Shown here: piece by piece, positions 1-7,755 of the stretch | Numbering within the stretch: position 1 is the first letter of the stretch | Layout: each line of letters opens with the position of its first letter | DNA from: an uncultured Bdellovibrio sp. | Lineage (GTDB): Bacteria > Bdellovibrionota > Bdellovibrionia > Bdellovibrionales > Bdellovibrionaceae | Direction: 5' to 3' | DNA: 33,657 nt | Assembly (NCBI GenBank): GCA_963932905.1 | Contig: CAWVRN010000035.1 | Location: 1 to 33,657 of the forward strand | Notes under the pieces: generated by a model | What the model was told of the DNA's origin: nothing | Seen by the model: only the letters and a program-made list of their open reading frames with translations | The model's database searches: none | Translations under genes and position numbers: made by a program

Positions 1-72
1 ATGCTCCTTTTTTTATGACTAATTGCTTCCCACTAAGACCCGTTATGAACCTCAATTCACTGTTAAAAATTA

Positions 73-331
73 GAACTGGCTCCTTAGCTTGCGGTTAAGA
101 AGCTAAATTCTATTGGAAAGACAGTTGTTTAGTTGAAATTTAAAAGAGCTGTCTTGAAACAGTTTTTCAAAGACAAATTATTATCCGAATTAACTCGTAA
201 TACATTCGAGTTTCGATCCCTCAAAAAAAGCGAGCGTGTTGAATCTTTCTGGGTTTTAGATAGCACGTTTTAAATTCACTTGATTTGACGATATCTTACT
301 TGGCCTTAGCCGCAGGCTAAGGGGCCAGTTC
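73..331. mobile_element. Non-autonomous REP-doublet (REPIN)/MITE-like element, 259 bp, with 27-bp terminal inverted arms
   Basis: The left arm GAACTGGCTCCTTAGCTTGCGGTTAAG (73-99) matches the reverse complement of the right arm (305-331, GAACTGGCCCCTTAGCCTGCGGCTAAG) at 24/27. All three mismatches are T/C, i.e. G.T wobble on the + strand. Each arm is itself a hairpin. There is no convincing internal ORF and no clear target-site duplication. Further copies are at 13422-13449 and 33603-33657. Confidence 0.65.
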
Positions 332-379
332 AGATGATTTTGCCGAACGAAAGCCTCAGATGCTGCGATTGCTTCCCAC

Positions 380-408
380 TTGACGAGGCAACTCCAAAAA
401 CATGTAAT
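380..408 (+). promoter_or_regulatory. sigma70-type promoter of the 414 ORF (probably leaderless)
   Basis: TTGACG (380-385), 17 nt, TGTAAT (403-408), 5 nt, then ATG; no Shine-Dalgarno. Confidence 0.5.
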
Positions 409-413
409 TAGAT

Positions 414-1436
414 ATGCCAATTCCCATTCAAATAAAAGATCTAATTGACAGAAAAGACATAGGAGCCATTTTTCTAAATCAAAAAGGCCTTTCGTCCATT
501 GAAGTCGCCGGAAAGCCCCAGGAACTATTCGAAGTTTTAAACTGGACCGAGATTTTGCGTTGGTTAGAAAGTTTAATTCCTGAAAAGCAGACGACCCATA
601 GTTCGAGTCTCTACACATCAGAATGGGGTCATGTTACATGGATCCATTCATTAGATCACAACGTCGTGAAAATTGAAAAAAATTCTGCTATCACTATAAC
701 ACCCGAAAAATTAGTTCAGTATGGATTATGCTCAACTGAAATGATTGAATTTATTCAATTGGCATTCAAATCATCGGCAAATATAGTGTTCTCGGCTAAT
801 TCTGCCTCTATGCTCCATTTTCCGTTGAGAAGTTTTCTAGGTGATTTCTCTAGCAATCCTTCTTCTTTAGTAGTTTCTAACAGTTCAAAAATTCCATTCT
901 TAGGGCAAAATGTGGAACAATTCAAATATGCGACTCGGGATTACTACGGCCTCGCATTCGCATTAAGAGAGATGAATCACGATAGAATTTTATTTTATGA
1001 CTCCGAGCCCGAATTAATATTCGCGGTGACGAATCGTTTCAACAGTAATTTTTGCGGTCACACTTGGTTAGTATCAGCGTCTTCTAATGAAGACTGCTAT
1101 CATCATTTTAATCTGCAACTGCGCCAAGGCGCCTACCCCGTAAATTTGAACACCCAGGAGACAAATTCACTCTTAGACCGCTCGATTCACCTGATGATTA
1201 ACATCGCACGATTTCCTGATGGTTTAAGACGGATTTCAGAAATTTCTGTTTTGCATGACGGAAAACTAAAACCCCTGTGTGGTTTTCAACCATCGGCAAT
1301 GGATGACAATGGAAACATCACGGGAACGTTCGGTTGGTCAGGCGAATTCCCCGTCCTCTTGAACTATTTCCAAGACGACGAGCTCACCCCCGCCCTACGC
1401 CAACTAAAAACTATTCTGAAAAAAAAAGTTTCTTAA
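414..1436 (+). CDS. Degenerate CpaF/TadA (VirB11-family) secretion ATPase homolog, predicted inactive
   Basis: The TadA scaffold is recognisable: ITPEKLVQYGLCSTEMIEFIQLAFKSSANIVFS, ALREMNHDRILF and IHLMINIARFPDGLRRISEI. The Walker A position reads SANSASMLHF instead of SGGTGSGKTT. The Walker B region reads DRILFYDSE instead of DRIIVGEVR. Confidence 0.75.
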   Translation: MPIPIQIKDLIDRKDIGAIFLNQKGLSSIEVAGKPQELFEVLNWTEILRWLESLIPEKQTTHSSSLYTSEWGHVTWIHSLDHNVVKIEKNSAITITPEKLVQYGLCSTEMIEFIQLAFKSSANIVFSANSASMLHFPLRSFLGDFSSNPSSLVVSNSSKIPFLGQNVEQFKYATRDYYGLAFALREMNHDRILFYDSEPELIFAVTNRFNSNFCGHTWLVSASSNEDCYHHFNLQLRQGAYPVNLNTQETNSLLDRSIHLMINIARFPDGLRRISEISVLHDGKLKPLCGFQPSAMDDNGNITGTFGWSGEFPVLLNYFQDDELTPALRQLKTILKKKVS

Positions 1437-1454
1437 AAAAAGATTTTTCTCAAG

Positions 1455-1482
1455 ACAAAGGAAGGAAAGAAGTCTTCCCTTC
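1455..1482 (-). terminator. Probable intrinsic terminator for the 1212-aa ORF
   Basis: The minus strand reads GAAGGGAAG-ACTT-CTTTCCTTC (9-bp stem with one G.U pair) followed by CTTTGTCTT. It lies between convergent genes. Confidence 0.5.
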
Positions 1483-1561
1483 AGCGACGTTTAAGACAAG
1501 AATGGGTCACCTTGGGCCAAGTTACATTTCGTCAATCACTTATTAAAGTTTGCAAGCGCCC

Positions 1562-4500
1562 TTAAGTTTTGCCATAGAAAATGCGACATGCGTTTTCTTT
1601 AATATGCATCTGGAAATTCTTATTTTTACCTAACACGCGCAAGAACTGCTTTTGCTTTTCGCTTTTGGTAGCCAAGGCTATAACGTCGTTGAATTCATGT
1701 TTTTCAAGCTTCTGTTTTTTGAGTAATTGACTGGCAACCATATAAAGTGTCGGTAGCTTTTGGCTTAATTCTGTTCTTGCTATCGCCATACCTTCAGCAA
1801 GAATGTCTGAAATTAATTTACTCGAAATGGGATGAGTAATAATAACTTTTCCTTTTTCGTCAAGTGGGAGTGAAGTCACATTTTGAACCAATCCATTTTG
1901 AATCATTTCGATTGCTTTCTTTCTGGCCATTTCTAAATCTTGCCGCCATCCATTGCTTTTTTCGAACCCAGCAAGTTCTTCCGCTTCGCCGCCTGCCAAC
2001 ATTTTGGCAATCTCCGCAATTTCAGATGATCGGGTAGCTATTTTGGATTTAGGCTCTGCAAAACGAACGTAGCCACCGTAAGCTCCAGCACTTTGAATAG
2101 TAATATGTTCTACCCTGTTCGGAGAAAGAAGCGCATGGCCAGCCTCGTGGAAAGCAAAACGTCTAAGGTCCTGCTTGCTTGTGACAATTTTTTCACTAGC
2201 ATACCGAGTCGCATCTAAATCATATTGCTTAGTTTGGCCATTAGGCAAATTGACGGTTAGCAATAATTTTACGGCTCTATCATTTTGCATACGCTCTGCG
2301 TATCTTACATTGTCGTAATTATCTTGAACATCAATACTCAATTTCGAGTTAGCCAATAATGATGCGTCAACCGATGAATCAAATACAAACTTAGTAACTA
2401 GTGTAGTCACGGCTTCATTGGCCATATCTCGTATCATTCTGGCGCCTTGAGTATGTGAGTAAAATATCTCACTTACTTTTTTATAAAAGATATCCCCAAT
2501 ATTTAACTTGAATTCATATTCATCGGCCAAACTATTGACTGACGCCAAAACCAGTTTCTTCGCAATGGCGGGGCGATGTTCGCCTACCAGCGGTCGAGCC
2601 ATCACGACATTCACTCCAAATCGGTTAAGCAGAGCTTCGGGCCAACGATGAGCTTGCTTTAAATAATCGGTAATTTTCTTAGGATCGACAAATTTTTTAT
2701 GAGCAGCCATCCGTAAATCATCCGAAGGTAAATCCATCATTATCTCTTGTCCTTCATTAGACGTAAAAAGGAAGAAAAACTTACTTACATCATATGTTTT
2801 ACCAGCAGGAGAGGTCCACTCGCCCTTATCTAAAATCTCGTAAAACTTTTTCCTCATAGCATCTTTAACATGTTCATTGACAGTATTTCCAATTTCATCC
2901 ATCAGCGCTACGCCACCATTAGGGTTATTAATAAGAAACTGTTCAAACGGACCGAAGGAATCCGAACCATGAGTCGAGCGAGGTGACCCAAAAATATTAT
3001 TAAGATCTGCCATAGACTGAACATCGCCCATCACAAATCGTCGAAAGCTATTCTCACCACCATAGCGTGCAACAGCAATCGCTAAAGCGAGTTCAGACTT
3101 TCCAGTACCCGAAGGCCCAACAAATAAAAGGCGACCAGGTTGTTTAACTGAAGGATTCGCTGCCTTTGAAAGAATGGACGTAGTAGCTGCAGTTACTGCT
3201 TCAGGTTGCCCCATAACTATTTTGGAAATATTGGCTTCCATTGCCATTAAAATAGCCCTTTCAGCTGGATCATGAACAGGAGATGTTTTTTTTCTATTTT
3301 TAATAGGTGGGACTGTAAGCTCTGCCGTCGTTATATCTTTACTATTCTGGATCACGAATTTTCCTCCGGAAGAATCTGCGTCCGGAACAAAACGCACTCT
3401 ATGATTGGCTTCTTTTGCGTCCTTCTCGATCAAATCTAGAATTTTAAAAAACATTGTTTCAAAGGATCTTTTTAATCGTCTCACACCATATTGAGGAACG
3501 TAAGAGGCGTCTACCACTCGTTGGAAAACCGAATTATCGAATTGTAGGTCCAAACCAGTACGGCTCTTGTAAATTTGTCGATAGATTTCAAATTCATTTT
3601 TAACGATTTCAACGGCACCTTCCCACGATGGTGGCCCAACCGCGACGGCGCCATCTAATCGCTCTAGCACTTCTTTGGGAATGCTTTTAGAATTATCATA
3701 TGGATTTTGAGCATGCTGTTCGTACGAAGCTTTAATTTCCGCCTCGTCCATATTTTTAATTCTATTTTTTAGCTCTTCACGATTTAAAGGTTTTAAAATA
3801 CTGCTTGGATATATTTTTTCACTGTTACGATTCGACGTAAGCACAAATAAAACCTTACCGAGCACAATGGGTTTTCCATTTGAAGGACTAATGATTCCTT
3901 TATCAAAAATTTCCATGAATTTAGTAGCAAAAGCGACCGAAGCTTTATCAAACTCATTCAGAACAATGACGGATTCATCCTTGTTTTTGTGAATAAACTC
4001 CAAAAATGGTGTCGGTTTTTGCGAATCAGTGTAGCCAGGGTCGCTGCCAAATAGAGCTGACACATTTGCACGCTCGTCGGCGTATTTTGTACAATCAATT
4101 TCAAAAATTGAGTCAGGCCGTGATTGAAGATGTTTGGCATAGGAAGTACCCAGGGAAGTCTTTCCTGATCCAGTAGTTCCATCTAACAATACGACTCGGT
4201 GATTGCGGGTGGAATAGCCGCGGTCCATTTGCTTGCGAAGGTCGATTAATTTATCAATCGCTTCTTCCTGATCCACTACGTCTTTACTCATTTTTACTTT
4301 AACCGCTTGATAATCGCTTTCGGCAAGAACTGGTTTTGGCTTTTCTTCAGGATGGGAACTTGATTGATCACCAGACCAGATTTTTTTCGTTTTTGTTGCT
4401 GTGTCAATTATAGCTTTACCGATCCTTTTTATAATTGGACCTTTTCTCCTAAACGGAATATCAAACAGAGCCCCTGTGGTTTCAGCTGGAAAATCCGATA

Positions 4501-5164
4501 GCTCCACTGACTCTCCAAATATTACAAGCCTGCGAGAACCAAACATAGTAGTGACCTCGCCCCAAGAGTGGATACCTTTGGCATAGTAAACATCGTGAGA
4601 ATTGCGAGATAAAACTAGCGTTGTTCCCTTTGAGAGTACCTTAGAAATTACTCCCGTCCCTCTTTTTATAAGCATCACACCTAAAAATTCCTCAGTCGTG
4701 TCATTGGAATATTTAGAAGGAATATGCCGATGAGAGGTTTTGATATCGACAGTTTCAGCAGCAAATTCTGCCGCAACAGGAAGGGTTCGTCCGTATTGAT
4801 CGACTAGCGTGTATTTCCCTGCAACTTTAATTAAAGCGGCTGCAAGTTCTTTCTTTTTTATAACGTGAATTTTATTTTCGTCTAAGTCCGACGCCAAGCT
4901 CGCAGAGATTGTTGCCGCCTCCAAGTTTCCACGAAATAGTATTCTTGAATTCCCCGTCGGATCCACAAATCGAACATTTACGTTACCGCCGTTTTCTATG
5001 TTCTGATAGATTAGTTTGCTTCCATTCTCGAACTCAAGAGTAGCATTTGCCTTGGCCACCCCTTCGTCAGATGTACCTTCGTCAGCGTATGAAAATTGAA
5101 TTCCAAACTGACAAAGAATCAGTAAAGTAGGAATAAATATGATTTTGCGAAATAAAATACCCAT
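1562..5164 (-). CDS. Exported tandem ClpB-D2-like AAA+ ATPase fused to a peptidase M41 (FtsH-type) zinc protease domain
   Basis: The likely start is ATG 5164 (GGAG 9 nt upstream). The signal peptide is MGILFRKIIFIPTLLILCQFGIQFSYA|DE. AAA1 motifs: GTTGSGKT, LFGSDPGY, VLNEFDK, LTSN, LERLD, YGVRRLKR. AAA2 motifs: GPSGTGKS, LMDEIG, FTSN, LLNRF, QGARMIR. M41 motifs: AFHEAGHAL (HEAGH at 2135-2149), LAGGEAEE, QDLEMA. Confidence 0.85.
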   Translation of the reverse strand: MGILFRKIIFIPTLLILCQFGIQFSYADEGTSDEGVAKANATLEFENGSKLIYQNIENGGNVNVRFVDPTGNSRILFRGNLEAATISASLASDLDENKIHVIKKKELAAALIKVAGKYTLVDQYGRTLPVAAEFAAETVDIKTSHRHIPSKYSNDTTEEFLGVMLIKRGTGVISKVLSKGTTLVLSRNSHDVYYAKGIHSWGEVTTMFGSRRLVIFGESVELSDFPAETTGALFDIPFRRKGPIIKRIGKAIIDTATKTKKIWSGDQSSSHPEEKPKPVLAESDYQAVKVKMSKDVVDQEEAIDKLIDLRKQMDRGYSTRNHRVVLLDGTTGSGKTSLGTSYAKHLQSRPDSIFEIDCTKYADERANVSALFGSDPGYTDSQKPTPFLEFIHKNKDESVIVLNEFDKASVAFATKFMEIFDKGIISPSNGKPIVLGKVLFVLTSNRNSEKIYPSSILKPLNREELKNRIKNMDEAEIKASYEQHAQNPYDNSKSIPKEVLERLDGAVAVGPPSWEGAVEIVKNEFEIYRQIYKSRTGLDLQFDNSVFQRVVDASYVPQYGVRRLKRSFETMFFKILDLIEKDAKEANHRVRFVPDADSSGGKFVIQNSKDITTAELTVPPIKNRKKTSPVHDPAERAILMAMEANISKIVMGQPEAVTAATTSILSKAANPSVKQPGRLLFVGPSGTGKSELALAIAVARYGGENSFRRFVMGDVQSMADLNNIFGSPRSTHGSDSFGPFEQFLINNPNGGVALMDEIGNTVNEHVKDAMRKKFYEILDKGEWTSPAGKTYDVSKFFFLFTSNEGQEIMMDLPSDDLRMAAHKKFVDPKKITDYLKQAHRWPEALLNRFGVNVVMARPLVGEHRPAIAKKLVLASVNSLADEYEFKLNIGDIFYKKVSEIFYSHTQGARMIRDMANEAVTTLVTKFVFDSSVDASLLANSKLSIDVQDNYDNVRYAERMQNDRAVKLLLTVNLPNGQTKQYDLDATRYASEKIVTSKQDLRRFAFHEAGHALLSPNRVEHITIQSAGAYGGYVRFAEPKSKIATRSSEIAEIAKMLAGGEAEELAGFEKSNGWRQDLEMARKKAIEMIQNGLVQNVTSLPLDEKGKVIITHPISSKLISDILAEGMAIARTELSQKLPTLYMVASQLLKKQKLEKHEFNDVIALATKSEKQKQFLRVLGKNKNFQMHIKENACRIFYGKT

Positions 5165-5211
5165 ATTTTTATACTCCATGGACGAAACAGAAATCGTCAA
5201 AATTTAAAAAT

Positions 5212-5227
5212 TGCAATGGGAATACCG
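5212..5227 (-). promoter_or_regulatory. sigma-54-like -24/-12 promoter upstream of the AAA+/M41 gene
   Basis: The minus strand reads CGGTATTCCCATTGCA, i.e. GG-N10-GC with TTGCA, about 48 nt before the start codon. Confidence 0.5.
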
Positions 5228-5435
5228 CATTTTACGGTACCATTTCAACTGAGCATATAGATGAGAGTTAAAATGCAGCTGCGGCAAGAATTGATGTGCA
5301 TGTGTATAAAAAATAGACAGTCGGAATTTCCGGGAATTTTCTTATAAAGAAGAGCCTCGAATATAGACCTAGCATCTCCATTGATTCCTTCACTACTCAT
5401 GGTGATTCATGAAGAACCAAAACATTATGTCGTTA

Positions 5436-5615
5436 TTACTGAGTCAGTTCAGAATTATTTTTCTTAGATTCAGACGGAGTTATTTTTTTTTCTTTAGCTT
5501 TTACATTGCCGGCAAATGCATCTTGACTGTGGCCCGAACAGTTTTGAAAGGCGAACACTAAAGAGGCAAAGGACAGTGATAAAAGTATCGATTTGAAAAA
5601 ATCTTTTTTCATCAT
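5436..5615 (-). CDS. Small lipoprotein with an FQNC-type signal, possibly a gene remnant
   Basis: MMKKDFFKSILLSLSFASLVFAFQNC followed by a ~35-aa Lys-rich tail. The start is uncertain; the ORF track begins at 5642. Confidence 0.55.
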   Translation of the reverse strand: MMKKDFFKSILLSLSFASLVFAFQNCSGHSQDAFAGNVKAKEKKITPSESKKNNSELTQ

Positions 5616-5986
5616 TATTTTACTCCATTCTTCTATCATCAAGGAAAATGGAAAACATTTAAAGAGCCGTTCTCAAAATACGACGATGTTAATTCGGCAC
5701 TCGCTTTATAAGCAATACAGTGCTTGGTAAAGTCGCTCTACAATTTGGCGTCAAAAACATGATTAGACATCGCAAAAAAATTGCCTCAGACTGATATACT
5801 ATGCGGTGGTTAAATGAAGCACACTGGGTTTCATTGCGAATTGGCAAAACAGTTAACGGGACATTAATGTATATCGCTTCCTGGAAAAATGCCCCAAAAA
5901 TATCGGCGAGTACTGAATAAATAAATTTACCTAGAAATATCTTTGAGCTGGTGTGTGTGCGTGGTAATTGCACGCTTGTGGATCAG

Positions 5987-7690
5987 ATGTACTTTTTGAA
6001 TGAAAGTTTTAGTGCGAATATTTGTCGAAAAATAGATTGGTCTAACCATCCTCTTGGTCCAATCGAAACCTGGCCCCCCACACTTAAGGCAACTCTTTCT
6101 ATTATTTTTCAAAATCCTACGCCCATGTTTCTATTCTGGGGGCCGCTGTCGTATTGTTTTTACAATGACAGCTATGGACCCATACTAGGACCCCATCGTG
6201 CGATAGATGCTATGGGCCGACCTGGTCACTTGGTGTGGGCTGATATATGGCAAACTACGGGGCCGCAGATTCAGCGAGTCCTTCAAAATAGAAAGTCAGA
6301 AATGTATAAAGACCTGCCTCTAAAAATCTCTCGCAAAGGAAAGGACGTTTTAACATTTTGGAATTATAGCATTTCGCCCGTCCTTGACGACAACGGCGAA
6401 ACAGTAGCTGCACTGACTACGTGCGTGGAAACGACAGAAACAGTGAAAGCCTACCGCAAACTTCAATTGAAAGAGGCCCACTTAAAAAAAGCACTCGTAC
6501 AAGCCCAGTTGGCAGAAAAAGAAGCTGAGGAGGCCAAAATCGCAGCTGAAAATGCAAATGCAGCCAAGAGCGCATTCCTTGCGAATATGAGCCATGAAAT
6601 TAGGACTCCACTGGGGGCCATTATGGGCTTTTCACAGCTGGCTTTAGAAAAGGACGCGACCGAAGAAGACCGCGACAAATATTTATCTGTAATGACTCGT
6701 AATTCACACCAAGTATTGCGTATCGTTGACGACATCTTAGATTTAGCAAAAGTCGAAGCGGGTAAAGTTGTACTTGAACCAATCGAAATAGATCTTGCTG
6801 ACTTTCTAAATGAATTTGTTTCAACCATGAGTTTTCGCGCCAATGACAATGGAATAGGTTTCATGGCAATGGCAGAAACGGCACTGCCCGAAAAAATTAT
6901 TTCGGATCCGACTCGATTAAGGCAGATTCTAACCAACGCTGTTGGGAATGCGATCAAATTTACATCAAGTGGAATTGTTCGACTTCAAGTCTCTTACGAA
7001 GAAGGCAGAATGGCTTTCGTAGTAATTGATACCGGCCGTGGCATATCGTCAAAACAAGCCAGACATCTTTTTAAACCATTTATTCAAGCCGATCCATCCA
7101 CCACCAGAAAATTTGGCGGTACCGGTTTAGGTTTAGTATTGACTCGAAAACTATGTCAGATTTTAGGTGGAAATTATAGTTTAGTGCACAGCGAGCTTGG
7201 TAAAGGATCTACGTTTAAGGCCACTGTAGAAGTCAAACTACCTGTGGAATCTGCGTTACTACCTCAACGCTGCTTTTTCACTAAAGGATCAGCGCATCAG
7301 TCGTATCAATCTTTACGGAACCAATACCGAGGAACGAAAGTATTGATAGTTGAAGATTGTTTGGACAACCAAGATTTACTAAAAATTTTATTAGATCAAC
7401 ATGGGGTCAAGTTTGATCTTGCCGAGAATGGTCGCGAAGGTGCGGAGCTAGCTTTGAAAAATGAGTACGACTTGCTATTGATGGATATCCAAATGCCAGT
7501 CATGGATGGGCACCAAGCCGTGCGCTATTTACGCAGCAAAAACTATAAACGCCCTATCATAGCGCTCACAGCCCACGCGATGAAAGAGGAAGCTCACCTA
7601 GCAAAAAAATCGGGATTTACCGAGTATCTTTCTAAACCCATCACCCGTGAATCGTTAGTCACCACTATCGAGAAATACCAACAGCACTAG
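5987..7690 (+). CDS. Cytoplasmic hybrid sensor histidine kinase/response regulator (PAS-like - HisKA - HATPase - REC)
   Basis: N-terminal DWSNHPLGPIETWP motif, H-box FLANMSHEIRTPL, N-box NAVGNAIKFT, G-boxes DTGRGI and GGTGLGL, receiver LLLMDIQMPVMDG...SKP. ATG 5987 is preferred over GTG 5951. Confidence 0.92.
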   Translation: MYFLNESFSANICRKIDWSNHPLGPIETWPPTLKATLSIIFQNPTPMFLFWGPLSYCFYNDSYGPILGPHRAIDAMGRPGHLVWADIWQTTGPQIQRVLQNRKSEMYKDLPLKISRKGKDVLTFWNYSISPVLDDNGETVAALTTCVETTETVKAYRKLQLKEAHLKKALVQAQLAEKEAEEAKIAAENANAAKSAFLANMSHEIRTPLGAIMGFSQLALEKDATEEDRDKYLSVMTRNSHQVLRIVDDILDLAKVEAGKVVLEPIEIDLADFLNEFVSTMSFRANDNGIGFMAMAETALPEKIISDPTRLRQILTNAVGNAIKFTSSGIVRLQVSYEEGRMAFVVIDTGRGISSKQARHLFKPFIQADPSTTRKFGGTGLGLVLTRKLCQILGGNYSLVHSELGKGSTFKATVEVKLPVESALLPQRCFFTKGSAHQSYQSLRNQYRGTKVLIVEDCLDNQDLLKILLDQHGVKFDLAENGREGAELALKNEYDLLLMDIQMPVMDGHQAVRYLRSKNYKRPIIALTAHAMKEEAHLAKKSGFTEYLSKPITRESLVTTIEKYQQH

Positions 7691-7704
7691 AGCGCGCACA
7701 AAAA

Positions 7705-7720
7705 TGGCCTCATAGCTGCA
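7705..7720 (+). promoter_or_regulatory. sigma-54-like -24/-12 promoter
   Basis: TGGCCTCATAGCTGCA (GG-N10-GC) lies 35 nt upstream of the SD-led ATG at 7756. Confidence 0.5.
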
Positions 7721-7755
7721 TCCTAATGGGACCAGAACCTTCAAGAGGAATTTAA

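Noticed and set aside
73..331. Integron attC site (AAC...GTT ends)
   Set aside because: The ends read GAAC/GTTC rather than RYYYAAC/GTTRRRY, the length of 259 bp exceeds typical attC sites, and there is no cassette array or intI.
22..380. CRISPR array (palindromic ~28-bp repeats, 36-38-nt gaps)
   Set aside because: The arms are inverted and about 200 nt apart rather than tandem direct repeats with regular spacers, and there are no cas genes.
256..618. 120-aa minus-strand ORF
   Set aside because: It is antisense to the 414 gene, reads through the repeat arm and has no recognisable motifs.
1562..5164. Calling this gene clpB, clpV or ftsH
   Set aside because: It has no Clp N-domain, D1 module or M-domain, no FtsH TM pair or classic AAA, and no T6SS genes nearby.
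5689..6112. Short minus-strand ORFs (94 aa and 61 aa, one with CLKC)
   Set aside because: They have non-ATG starts, overlap the kinase gene or its upstream region, and show no family motifs.
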